Source: Candidatus Zixiibacteriota bacterium
GTDB lineage: Bacteria > Zixibacteria > MSB-5A5 > GN15 > FEB-12
Reading direction: 5' to 3'
NCBI GenBank assembly: GCA_041742355.1
Contig: JBGSIV010000199.1
Span: forward strand, 1-13,654
Length of the DNA: 13,654 nucleotides
The number at the start of each line of letters is the position of its first letter. Within the stretch, counting starts at the first letter, position 1. Positions 1 to 7,106 of this stretch are shown here, piece after piece. Below the pieces are notes generated by a model. The model was given only the letters and a program-made list of their open reading frames with translations. It was not told the DNA's origin and searched no databases. The position numbers and the translations under genes were made by a program.

Positions 1-1
1 G

Positions 2-706
2 CGGCGCGAGAACCCATCGAACCGGGACGTGCTGGTGAGTCTCCTGTGGGCGGAGGCGGAGGCTATCCATACCGAGGACCGTGAATTGTGCGACCGGATC
101 GGGCGGTACGGGGCGGCCCTCATTAATGCGGGCGACGGAATCCTGACTCACTGCAATGCCGGGGCGCTGGCGACCGGCGGGATTGGAACTGCGCTGGCGG
201 TCATCTATGTTGCACAGGAACAGGGCAAACACCCCCGGGTCTATGCGGATGAAACCCGACCGCTGTTGCAGGGAGCCCGGTTGACGGCCTGGGAGTTGAT
301 GCAGGCCGGGGTGGATGTGACGCTGATATGCGACAATATGGCCGCCACCGTGTTGCGGCAGGGGAGAGTCCAGCATGTTATTGTCGGAGCCGATCGGATT
401 GCCCGGAACGGGGACTTTGCCAACAAGATCGGGACCTATCCGCTGGCGGTGATGGCCCGCGAGCACGGCGTGCCTTTTTATGTGGCGGCGCCGTATTCAA
501 CTTTCGACGAACAGGTGGCCACGGGTGGCGAGATCCCGATTGAGGAGCGGGCGGCCGACGAGATTTCGCATGGGTTCGGGCGGGCGACAGCTCCGGCCGG
601 GGTCAAGGTATTCAATCCGGCGTTTGACGTGACGCCCGGGAACCTGGTCAGCTGCTACATTACGGATCAGGGGATCCGTCCGGGCGGGAGAGCGAGGGGG
701 AAGTGA
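2..706 (+). CDS. mtnA: S-methyl-5-thioribose-1-phosphate isomerase (eIF-2B alpha/beta/delta family), 5'-truncated by window edge
   Basis: Motifs LTHCNAGALATGGIGTA, ETRPLLQGARLTAWEL, VGADRIARNGDFANKIGTY and NPAFDVTP. The frame is open from position 2, so the true start lies upstream of the window. Confidence 0.95.
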   Translation, partial: RRENPSNRDVLVSLLWAEAEAIHTEDRELCDRIGRYGAALINAGDGILTHCNAGALATGGIGTALAVIYVAQEQGKHPRVYADETRPLLQGARLTAWELMQAGVDVTLICDNMAATVLRQGRVQHVIVGADRIARNGDFANKIGTYPLAVMAREHGVPFYVAAPYSTFDEQVATGGEIPIEERAADEISHGFGRATAPAGVKVFNPAFDVTPGNLVSCYITDQGIRPGGRARGK

Positions 707-810
707 GAAATTGCCGCGGGGGCCGCAAAAGCAGCGGCGCAGTTGAAATGTAGTTGCGCTTGAAAAGGCCGGTGCGTATTACATGGGTATTCCGAACGAG
801 ATCAGGAGGC

Positions 811-1458
811 ATGGCGACGAAAGGGCGACGCAAACAGGCGCTGCGGGCGTGTAACTACGAGTTGTTTCAGGCTGAGACACTCGTTCCACCGCCGCCGGCC
901 ACGATCAATCACCAGATCGCGGAGGCGACCCGGCAGGTCCTTCCGGAACTGGTGACGCACATTGATCCCGTCCGGCCGGCGCCGGCTGCTCTGCCGGAGG
1001 TGGAAGAGCTGTACCGGCTGTTTGATCGGTTCAACTGGAAGTACTTCGGGGGGAAGCTGCCCAAGGTTAAGATCGAGTATTCGAGGCGGATGTCCTGCGC
1101 GGGGTCCTACTCACCACACCGGAGGCTGATCCGGATCGGCTGGAAGTACCATGAGATCTTCCCGCAGGATCTGGAGGATACGCTGAAGCATGAGATGATT
1201 CATATCCGCCACTTCGGCCATGACCGGAAATTCAAGGACGAAGCCGAGCGGATTGGGGCGTCGCTGCGGGCCCGGGAGCACCCGGCGCTGCGGCGCAAGC
1301 CTAAGTTTTTGTATGAGTGCCCCGGCTGCGGGGCCGAGTACCCCCGTCAGCGACGGTTGACGATGGCGTCGTGCGCCTACTGCTCGGAGGGGAGGCGATA
1401 CGATTCCCGGTTCAAGCTCCGCCCGAAGAAGATCCCACTGTCCGGATCTTCCCGGTAG
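811..1458 (+). CDS. SprT-like domain zinc metalloprotease with C-terminal zinc ribbon
   Basis: FDRFNWKYFGGKLP...SRRMSCAG...TLKHEMIH (HExxH)...GHDRKFK, then CPGC...CAYC. ATG 811 follows AGGAGG (804-809, unusually close), so the start is somewhat uncertain. Confidence 0.85.
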   Translation: MATKGRRKQALRACNYELFQAETLVPPPPATINHQIAEATRQVLPELVTHIDPVRPAPAALPEVEELYRLFDRFNWKYFGGKLPKVKIEYSRRMSCAGSYSPHRRLIRIGWKYHEIFPQDLEDTLKHEMIHIRHFGHDRKFKDEAERIGASLRAREHPALRRKPKFLYECPGCGAEYPRQRRLTMASCAYCSEGRRYDSRFKLRPKKIPLSGSSR

Positions 1459-1750
1459 CATTCCGGCCAATCTTCTTCGGCCTGACCTTACTGACATCGA
1501 TATCGTAGTGCCGAAGCATCTCATTGATGAGCGGGGTGCAGGCGACCAGGGCAGGCATGCTTCCCGACGCGGTGAAATGCTTGAGCAGGCGCAGGAGGAC
1601 CAGTTGGGGATCCTCGCTGAAGCCGAGGACCCGGCCGTCCAGCGAAACCTCCAACCCGGCGTTCCGGGCCTGACAATACGCGGCATCGGATCCCATTTCC
1701 CGGGCTTCGGCCCGGAGAACGTCCTCGAACAACTGCAGATAAGACTCCAT
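1412..1750 (-). CDS. small hypothetical protein (112 aa, MESYLQLFEDVLRAEAREMG...)
   Basis: ATG at 1750 preceded by purine-rich GGGAAGACAGAGGAAT. Protein-like amphipathic pattern, fills the gap between SprT and ahpC, and is followed upstream by an AT-rich intergenic region. Its 3' end overlaps the SprT gene by 47 nt. Confidence 0.7.
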   Translation of the reverse strand: MESYLQLFEDVLRAEAREMGSDAAYCQARNAGLEVSLDGRVLGFSEDPQLVLLRLLKHFTASGSMPALVACTPLINEMLRHYDIDVSKVRPKKIGRNATGKIRTVGSSSGGA

Positions 1751-1930
1751 ATTCCTCTGTCTTCCCGAAACTTTTTTGTACATCCCCTGTTTGTATATCG
1801 GTACAATCGTGGAGTAATTAGAGGATCAAACCGATCCCCAATACCCCCTATGGCCGGCACCGTCCGCCGGGGACCCCAGCGAATCGACAGCATAAAACGA
1901 CTATAGAGAACCACAACAGGAGAAATGAAC

Positions 1931-2491
1931 ATGCTCAGGATCAACCAGCCGGCTCCCGATTTCGCAGTCAATGCCTACCACAATGGCGCTATTTCCAAGG
2001 TCAAGCTCAGTGATTACCGTGGCAAGTGGGTGGCGATCGTGTTCTATCCGGCTGACTTCACCTTTGTCTGTCCGACCGAGCTGGGCGAACTGGCCGACAG
2101 CTATGGTGATTTCGTGGCGCACAACTGCGAAGTGCTATCGGTGTCGACCGACACGGCCTTTGTGCACAAGGCCTGGCACGACGATTCTCCGACCATTCGC
2201 CGGATCAAGTTCCCGATGCTGGCCGATCCGACCGGTCGGATGGCCCGTTCGTACGGAGTGATGATCGAGGAAGAGGGTCTGGCGCTGCGCGGTACGTTTC
2301 TGATCGACCCGGACGGGGTTGTGAAGGCGTGCGAGATCCACGACCTGGCGATCGGTCGTTCGGCCGATGAGCTGCTGCGCAAGCTGCAGGCGGCGCGGTT
2401 TGTGCGTGAGCACGGCGAGGTCTGTCCGGCTTCCTGGAAGCCGGGTTCGAAGACGTTGAAGCCGGGTCTGGACCTGGTCGGGAAGATCTGA
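1931..2491 (+). CDS. ahpC: typical 2-Cys peroxiredoxin (alkyl hydroperoxide reductase subunit C)
   Basis: FYPADFTFVCPTELG (peroxidatic Cys), GEVCPASWKPG (resolving Cys) and LDLVGKI C-terminus. SD AGGAG at 1918-1922 is better spaced to ATG 1931 than to ATG 1925. Confidence 0.96.
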   Translation: MLRINQPAPDFAVNAYHNGAISKVKLSDYRGKWVAIVFYPADFTFVCPTELGELADSYGDFVAHNCEVLSVSTDTAFVHKAWHDDSPTIRRIKFPMLADPTGRMARSYGVMIEEEGLALRGTFLIDPDGVVKACEIHDLAIGRSADELLRKLQAARFVREHGEVCPASWKPGSKTLKPGLDLVGKI

Positions 2492-2591
2492 CCGGGGCTC
2501 CCGGTGGAGGGGAGGAAGGCGGGCAGGCGCGGTAGGCGCAGCCTTACCTGTTGCCATTCAGTGTCTTAAATGAAAGTCCGAGTGGCTTTTG

Positions 2592-2630
2592 TTCAAGCGG
2601 CCGTATTTGACGGCCGCTTGAATTATTTTC
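2592..2630 (+). terminator. intrinsic terminator downstream of ahpC
   Basis: Perfect 13-bp stem TTCAAGCGGCCGT (2592-2604) / ACGGCCGCTTGAA (2610-2622), 5-nt loop, followed by TTATTTTC. Confidence 0.8.
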
Positions 2631-2640
2631 GTTCCCTGTA

Positions 2641-2668
2641 TTGACTTTGCGGAAAAAAGGCTTATACT
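2641..2668 (+). promoter_or_regulatory. sigma70-type promoter of the rplM operon
   Basis: TTGACT (2641-2646), 16 nt, TATACT (2663-2668); an overlapping alternative -10 TACTTT lies at 18 nt. Located immediately after the terminator and about 50 nt before rplM. Confidence 0.8.
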
Positions 2669-2719
2669 TTCCGTCTGTTTTGTCGGTGAAAACTAATCGA
2701 GAATGAGTGTATATACAGA

Positions 2720-3157
2720 ATGAAGACCTTTATTCCGAAAATTGATCCGAACCACCGCAAGTGGTGGGTAGTCGACGTGAACGAGCAGGTTCTCGGCCGG
2801 GCGGCCGTGACGGTGGCAAACATTCTGCGCGGCAAGAACAAGCCGATCTTCACCCCGCACCTCGATACGGGTGATCATGTCATCGTGGTGAACGCCCGCA
2901 GCCTCAAGGTCACCGGCAAGAACAAGCCGCGGCAGATGACGTACTACCGGTACTCGGGTTTTCCGGGCGGTTTGCGTCAGACGGCGTTTCAGGACATGAT
3001 GAGCACCAAGCCGGAGGAAGCGTTCCGTCTGGCGGTGAAGCGGATGCTGCCGAAGAATCGGCTGGGGCGGAAGATGCTGCGGAAGCTGCATGTGTACGCG
3101 GACGCCGAAGGCGCGCACCGTCACCAGGCGCAAAAACCGGAAACTTTCAAATTGTAG
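2720..3157 (+). CDS. rplM: 50S ribosomal protein L13
   Basis: RKWWVVD...LGRAA...LRGKNKPIFTPHLDTGDHVIVVNA...MLPKNRLGR. Confidence 0.98.
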   Translation: MKTFIPKIDPNHRKWWVVDVNEQVLGRAAVTVANILRGKNKPIFTPHLDTGDHVIVVNARSLKVTGKNKPRQMTYYRYSGFPGGLRQTAFQDMMSTKPEEAFRLAVKRMLPKNRLGRKMLRKLHVYADAEGAHRHQAQKPETFKL

Positions 3158-3173
3158 AGCGTTACGTTTGCCG

Positions 3174-3566
3174 ATGGAAAAACTCAGAATTTCCGCAACC
3201 GGTCGTCGCAAGACTTCAGTCGCCCGCGCTATCCTGGTGGATGGCAATGGGGCGTTCACGATTAACGGGCTGGATATCGCTGCGTACTTGAAGCGCGCGC
3301 CGCTCGTCGAACATGCCCGCGAGGCTCTCTCGGTTACCGAGATGGCCGGCAAGGTTTCGGTGGTGTGCCGGACCTCGGGTGGTGGTTTGACGGGGCAGGC
3401 GGGTGCGGTTCGCCTCGCGGTGGCTCGTGCCCTGACCCGTTTGAACGAAGACTTCCGCAAGCCGTTGCGGCACGGCGGCCTGTTGACCCGCGACCCCCGC
3501 GAGGTGGAGCGGAAAAAGTACGGCCGGCCGAAAGCGCGCAAGCGGTTCCAGTACTCGAAGCGCTAA
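3174..3566 (+). CDS. rpsI: 30S ribosomal protein S9
   Basis: ATGRRKTSVAR, GGGLTGQAGAVRLAVARAL, LTRDPREVERKKYGRPKARKRFQYSKR. ATG 3174 gives the typical 130 aa. Confidence 0.98.
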   Translation: MEKLRISATGRRKTSVARAILVDGNGAFTINGLDIAAYLKRAPLVEHAREALSVTEMAGKVSVVCRTSGGGLTGQAGAVRLAVARALTRLNEDFRKPLRHGGLLTRDPREVERKKYGRPKARKRFQYSKR

Positions 3567-3610
3567 GCCGAGACTGTCAGGCTATTCCCGCTTTGGCGGG
3601 AAAATAAACA

Positions 3611-3690
3611 ATCCCGGTCGATCGATCCGGTGGTCCCTACTTTCCCCGGGGGCCGGTATCGAGGTGAAGCCGGGATGACGAACAACCGTT
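3611..3690 (+). ncRNA. putative rpsB (S2) leader autoregulatory RNA structure
   Basis: Nested pairings ATCCCGG(3611-17)/CCGGGAT(3670-76), TCGAT(3622-26)/ATCGA(3658-62), CCGGT(3627-31)/GCCGG(3652-56) and CCC/GGG. An unpaired GGT (3632-34) is complementary to ACC (3685-87) just before the rpsB SD, matching the known S2-leader architecture. Confidence 0.65.
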
Positions 3691-3706
3691 CTTAACAAGG
3701 AGTCCC

Positions 3707-4480
3707 ATGGTCAACCCACAGGTGAAAGACCTGCTTGAAGCCGGGGTCCATTTCGGGCATCAGACCCGCCGGTGGAATCCCAAAATGAAGCCGTTCATTT
3801 TCGCCGCCCGCAACGGCATTTACATTATCGACCTGCAGAAGACGGTCAACGCGCTGGAACAGGCGAAGCGCAAGATGGCCGAGGCGATGGGCAAGGGCAA
3901 GGCGGTGCTGTTTGTCGGCACCAAGAAGCAGGCCCAGGACGTGATCAAGGAAGAAGCGGCCCGCTGCGGCGGGTTCTACGTTACCGAGCGCTGGCTCGGC
4001 GGCATGTTGACGAATTTCCAGACGATCAAGCACTCGATCAAGAAGCTGAAGGATATCGAGCGCATGCGCGTCGACGGCACGCTCGAGAAGTTCTCGAAAA
4101 AGGAACGCTCGCGTATCGAGCACGAGGCCGAGAAGCTGCAGAAGTACCTCGGCGGCATCAAGGAGATGAGCCATCTGCCCGGTTTGGTGGTCGTGGTCGA
4201 CGCCCGCAAGGAGCGTATCGCGGTCATGGAAGCCAACAAGCTCGGTATCCCGATCATCGGCATTCTCGACACCAACGCCGACCCGGATCTCATTGATTTT
4301 CCGATCGCCGGCAATGACGACGCGATCAAGTCGATCCGGATCCTGGTCCACTCGCTGGTTGATGCGGCGGTGGAGGCGAAGAACACGGTGGTGACCGAGA
4401 TGATCTCGGCCGGCGAGCGCGCCGGGGCCGCCGGAACGGGCAGCGAGGAATCTCAGGAATCGTTCGGGCAAGAACAGTAA
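3707..4480 (+). CDS. rpsB: 30S ribosomal protein S2
   Basis: [37 protein letters not shown] and [19 protein letters not shown] upstream. Confidence 0.98.
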   Translation: MVNPQVKDLLEAGVHFGHQTRRWNPKMKPFIFAARNGIYIIDLQKTVNALEQAKRKMAEAMGKGKAVLFVGTKKQAQDVIKEEAARCGGFYVTERWLGGMLTNFQTIKHSIKKLKDIERMRVDGTLEKFSKKERSRIEHEAEKLQKYLGGIKEMSHLPGLVVVVDARKERIAVMEANKLGIPIIGILDTNADPDLIDFPIAGNDDAIKSIRILVHSLVDAAVEAKNTVVTEMISAGERAGAAGTGSEESQESFGQEQ

Positions 4481-4494
4481 GAAGGTTAGATCCG

Positions 4495-5088
4495 ATGGAA
4501 GTCAACGCGAATATGGTCAAGGAGCTCCGGGAGAAGACCGGGGCGGGTATGATGGACTGCAAGAAAGCCCTCGTCGAGACGCAGGGCGATCTGTCCAAGG
4601 CGGTGGACTACCTGCGCGAGCAGGGAGTCGCCAAGGCGTCCAAGAAGGAAGGCCGGACGACGGCCGAGGGCGTCATCGCCACGTATGTCCATCCGGGCGA
4701 CAAGCTCGGGGTGATGGTGGAAATCAACTGTGAGACGGATTTCGTCGCCCGCACCGAGCAGTTCAAGGAATTCGCCCGCAACGTCGCCATGCACATCGCA
4801 GCCAGTTCGCCGCTGGTGGTCAGCCGCGATCAGCTCGACACGTCGTCGCTCGAGAAAGAGCGCGAGATTTTCCGGCACCAGGCCCTCAATGAAGGGAAGC
4901 CGGAGAAGATCGTCGATAAGATCGTGGACGGCCGGGTGGAGAAGTATTTCGGCGAGGTCGTGCTGCTGGAGCAGCCGTTCGTGAAGGACTCTGACAAGAC
5001 GGTGGAAGAGTACCTCAAGGAGACGATCGGCCAGCTCGGCGAGAACATGCAGATTCGCCGTTTCGCCCGTTTCCGGCTCGGTGAGTAA
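4495..5088 (+). CDS. tsf: translation elongation factor Ts (short 197-aa form)
   Basis: VKELREKTGAGMMDCKKAL, EINCETDFVAR, LLEQPFVKD and RRFARFRLGE. Confidence 0.98.
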   Translation: MEVNANMVKELREKTGAGMMDCKKALVETQGDLSKAVDYLREQGVAKASKKEGRTTAEGVIATYVHPGDKLGVMVEINCETDFVARTEQFKEFARNVAMHIAASSPLVVSRDQLDTSSLEKEREIFRHQALNEGKPEKIVDKIVDGRVEKYFGEVVLLEQPFVKDSDKTVEEYLKETIGQLGENMQIRRFARFRLGE

Positions 5089-5089
5089 T

Positions 5090-5824
5090 ATGGAAGACGG
5101 CCCAGGCAAACCGCGCTACAAAAGGGTCCTCATCAAAATCTCCGGTGAGGCCCTCATGGGTTCCCGCGAGTTCGGCATCGACCCCCTGACGGTGGAGGGG
5201 ATCTGTCGGCAGATTCTCGAAGTCAAACAGCTCAACTGTGAAATCGGTATCGTTGTCGGCGGCGGCAACATCTTCCGCGGCCTCTCGGCCAGCGAGCGCG
5301 GGATGGACCGCGTGACCGGCGACAACATGGGCATGCTCGCGACGGTGATCAACGCGCTGGCGATGATGGACACGCTCGAGCAGATGGGGGTGTACACCCG
5401 CGTCCTCTCGGCGGTTCGTCTCGAGGCGTTCGCGGAAACCTACATTCGTCGCCGGGCGGTGCGCCACATGGAAAAGGGACGCGTCTGCATCTTCGCCGCC
5501 GGCATCGGCAACCCGTATTTCTCGACCGACACGGCCGCGTCGCTGCGGGCGATGGAGGTCGGGGCGGAGCTGATGATCAAGGCGACCAATGTCGACGGGG
5601 TGTACTCGGCCGATCCGCGCAAGGATACGACGGCCACGTTCTACCCGCGCCTGACCTACATGGAGGTGCTCACGCGCGAACTCCGGGTAATCGACGCCAC
5701 GGCAATTTCGCTTCTGAAGGAGAACGGCATCCCCCTGCGCATCGTGGATTTGCACCGCGAGGGTAACCTGCGCCGGGTGGTGCTGGGTGAAGATGTTGGA
5801 ACTCTGGTGACTTCGGCCGGATAA
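5090..5824 (+). CDS. pyrH: UMP kinase
   Basis: YKRVLIKISGEAL, VVGGGNIFRG, DNMGMLATVINAL, GNPYFSTDTAASLRA and DGVYSADP. ATG 5090 lies 1 nt after the tsf stop. Confidence 0.97.
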   Translation: MEDGPGKPRYKRVLIKISGEALMGSREFGIDPLTVEGICRQILEVKQLNCEIGIVVGGGNIFRGLSASERGMDRVTGDNMGMLATVINALAMMDTLEQMGVYTRVLSAVRLEAFAETYIRRRAVRHMEKGRVCIFAAGIGNPYFSTDTAASLRAMEVGAELMIKATNVDGVYSADPRKDTTATFYPRLTYMEVLTRELRVIDATAISLLKENGIPLRIVDLHREGNLRRVVLGEDVGTLVTSAG

Positions 5825-5859
5825 GAATCAGGAAGTGCCCATAGCCGGGAGATACGATT

Positions 5860-6417
5860 ATGGTGGACAAGATCGAGAGAGATGCACAGGATCGGATGCA
5901 CAAGACGATCGAAGCGCTCAAGCGCGAGTTCGGCACGATCCGTACCGGGAAAGCCTCGCCCCACCTTCTGGACACGGTCTCGGTGGAGGCTTACGGGACG
6001 CACATGCCGCTGAATCAGGTGGCGACCATTACGGCGCCGGAGCCGCGCCTCATCGTGGTCACCGCGTTCGACAAGACGACTGTCGGCAATATCGCCAAGG
6101 GGATCCAGGCGGCCGACCTGGGATTGAATCCGCTGGTCGACGGCCAGGTGATCCGGGTGCCGATCCCGGCGCTCAACGAGGAGCGGCGTAAGACGCTGGT
6201 CAGGCAGTGCCACAAGCTCGCCGAAGAGGGCCGAGTGGCCATCCGTAACATCCGCCGCGATGCGAACGACCATCTCAAGCACGCGGAGAAGGAGTCGGAG
6301 ATCTCCGAGGACGACATGCGCAAGAGCCTGGACAAGGTGCAGAAGATGACCGATGACCACATCAAGCTGGTCGACGATCTCCTTGGGATCAAGGAGAAAG
6401 AGGTGATGGAGGTCTAG
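5860..6417 (+). CDS. frr: ribosome recycling factor
   Basis: IRTGKASP, YGTHMPLNQVATI, LGLNP, PALNEERRK, RVAIRNIRRDAN and KEKEVMEV. SD GGGAG upstream. Confidence 0.98.
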   Translation: MVDKIERDAQDRMHKTIEALKREFGTIRTGKASPHLLDTVSVEAYGTHMPLNQVATITAPEPRLIVVTAFDKTTVGNIAKGIQAADLGLNPLVDGQVIRVPIPALNEERRKTLVRQCHKLAEEGRVAIRNIRRDANDHLKHAEKESEISEDDMRKSLDKVQKMTDDHIKLVDDLLGIKEKEVMEV

Positions 6418-6440
6418 CGCCCGGCGCGAAGCGAAGTACC

Positions 6441-6475
6441 AAAGGCAGGAGCTTTCGGCTCCTGTCTTTTTGTTT
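6441..6475. terminator. intrinsic terminator after frr, probably bidirectional (also for the convergent CBS gene)
   Basis: AAAGGCAGGAGC-TTTCG-GCTCCTGTCTTT followed by TTGTTT, lying between convergent genes. Confidence 0.85.
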
Positions 6476-6508
6476 GGGGGCGAGGATACCGCGACAGCCG
6501 GCGGGTCA

Positions 6509-6949
6509 TTAACCCGGGTAATTCCCCTCGATGTACAACTGCAGATAGCGGTTGGTCACCTGCAGATCCCGCAGCTGCACCTTGACGATATCACCCAGGG
6601 ATACGAGTCCAATCAGCCGCTGATCCTGCACAATAGGGACATGGCGGATGCGGTTGTTGGTCATAACGGCGGCGATGTAATCGACATCGTCGTCAAGCAC
6701 TCCGACGATCAGGTCGGTCGACATGAAGTCACAGACCGGCATCCCCTTGAATTGGTTGTCGTAGTCGTACGCCGCGCGGAAAATGTCCTTGTCGCTGATG
6801 ATGCCCTGCAGCTCACCGTCGCGGCTGACAGCCGGCAGGCAGCTGATTTTGTGGTGCAACAAGAGCTCCATGGCGGTTTCGACCGGAGCATCGGGGTCGA
6901 TCGTGATGACCTCGTGGTGTTTGAGGTCCAGAAGATCCCTGACAAGCAT
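6509..6949 (-). CDS. stand-alone CBS-pair (Bateman) domain protein, 146 aa
   Basis: VITIDPDAPVETAMELL...ISCLPAV...GIISDKDI and MTNNRIRHVPIV...LIGLVSLGDIVK. Strong SD GGAGGAGG just upstream of ATG 6949. Confidence 0.92.
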   Translation of the reverse strand: MLVRDLLDLKHHEVITIDPDAPVETAMELLLHHKISCLPAVSRDGELQGIISDKDIFRAAYDYDNQFKGMPVCDFMSTDLIVGVLDDDVDYIAAVMTNNRIRHVPIVQDQRLIGLVSLGDIVKVQLRDLQVTNRYLQLYIEGNYPG

Positions 6950-7077
6950 AATGGTCCTCCTCCGGTTGGGGCGATTGTGCCTTTGCACCCGGCACGCCGG
7001 CGGCATTCGAGGGTAAGAAGGACAGGGGCCGGGAGAGCCAGGCAACGGGCTCGTTCCTGAATCGGACAAAGGATGGA

Positions 7078-7106
7078 TTGGCAACTGTACCTCAATCTCA
7101 TATATT
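7078..7106 (+). promoter_or_regulatory. sigma70-type promoter for the secreted-protein gene
   Basis: TTGGCA (7078-7083), 17 nt, TATATT (7101-7106), within an AT-rich divergent region. Confidence 0.6.

Noticed and set aside
707..790. GC hairpins and TTGAAA/TTGCGC boxes between mtnA and the SprT gene
   Set aside because: The hairpins are weak and lack a U-tract, and no convincing -10 lies at proper spacing.
1792..1803. 12-mer TGTATATCGGTA repeated at 11074-11085
   Set aside because: The second copy encodes the conserved LYIG of UvrC, and a few 12-mer matches are expected by chance in 13.6 kb.
1111..1971. 286-aa minus-strand ORF and 132-aa plus-strand ORF (1508-1906)
   Set aside because: Both have low-information R/P/G/S-rich translations and cross the AT-rich intergenic region or other genes. 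The 1412-1750 frame is more protein-like.
2489..2505. ahpC TGA followed directly by a hairpin (possible selenocysteine readthrough)
   Set aside because: The protein already ends at the canonical LVGKI C-terminus and both catalytic residues are Cys.
3585..3602. Hairpin after rpsI as a terminator
   Set aside because: It has no U-tract on either strand and is more likely a stability or processing element.
3692..6392. Long antisense ORFs opposite rpsB, tsf, pyrH and frr
   Set aside because: These are shadow frames expected from biased codon usage in GC-rich genes. They have no recognisable motifs and fully overlap conserved genes.
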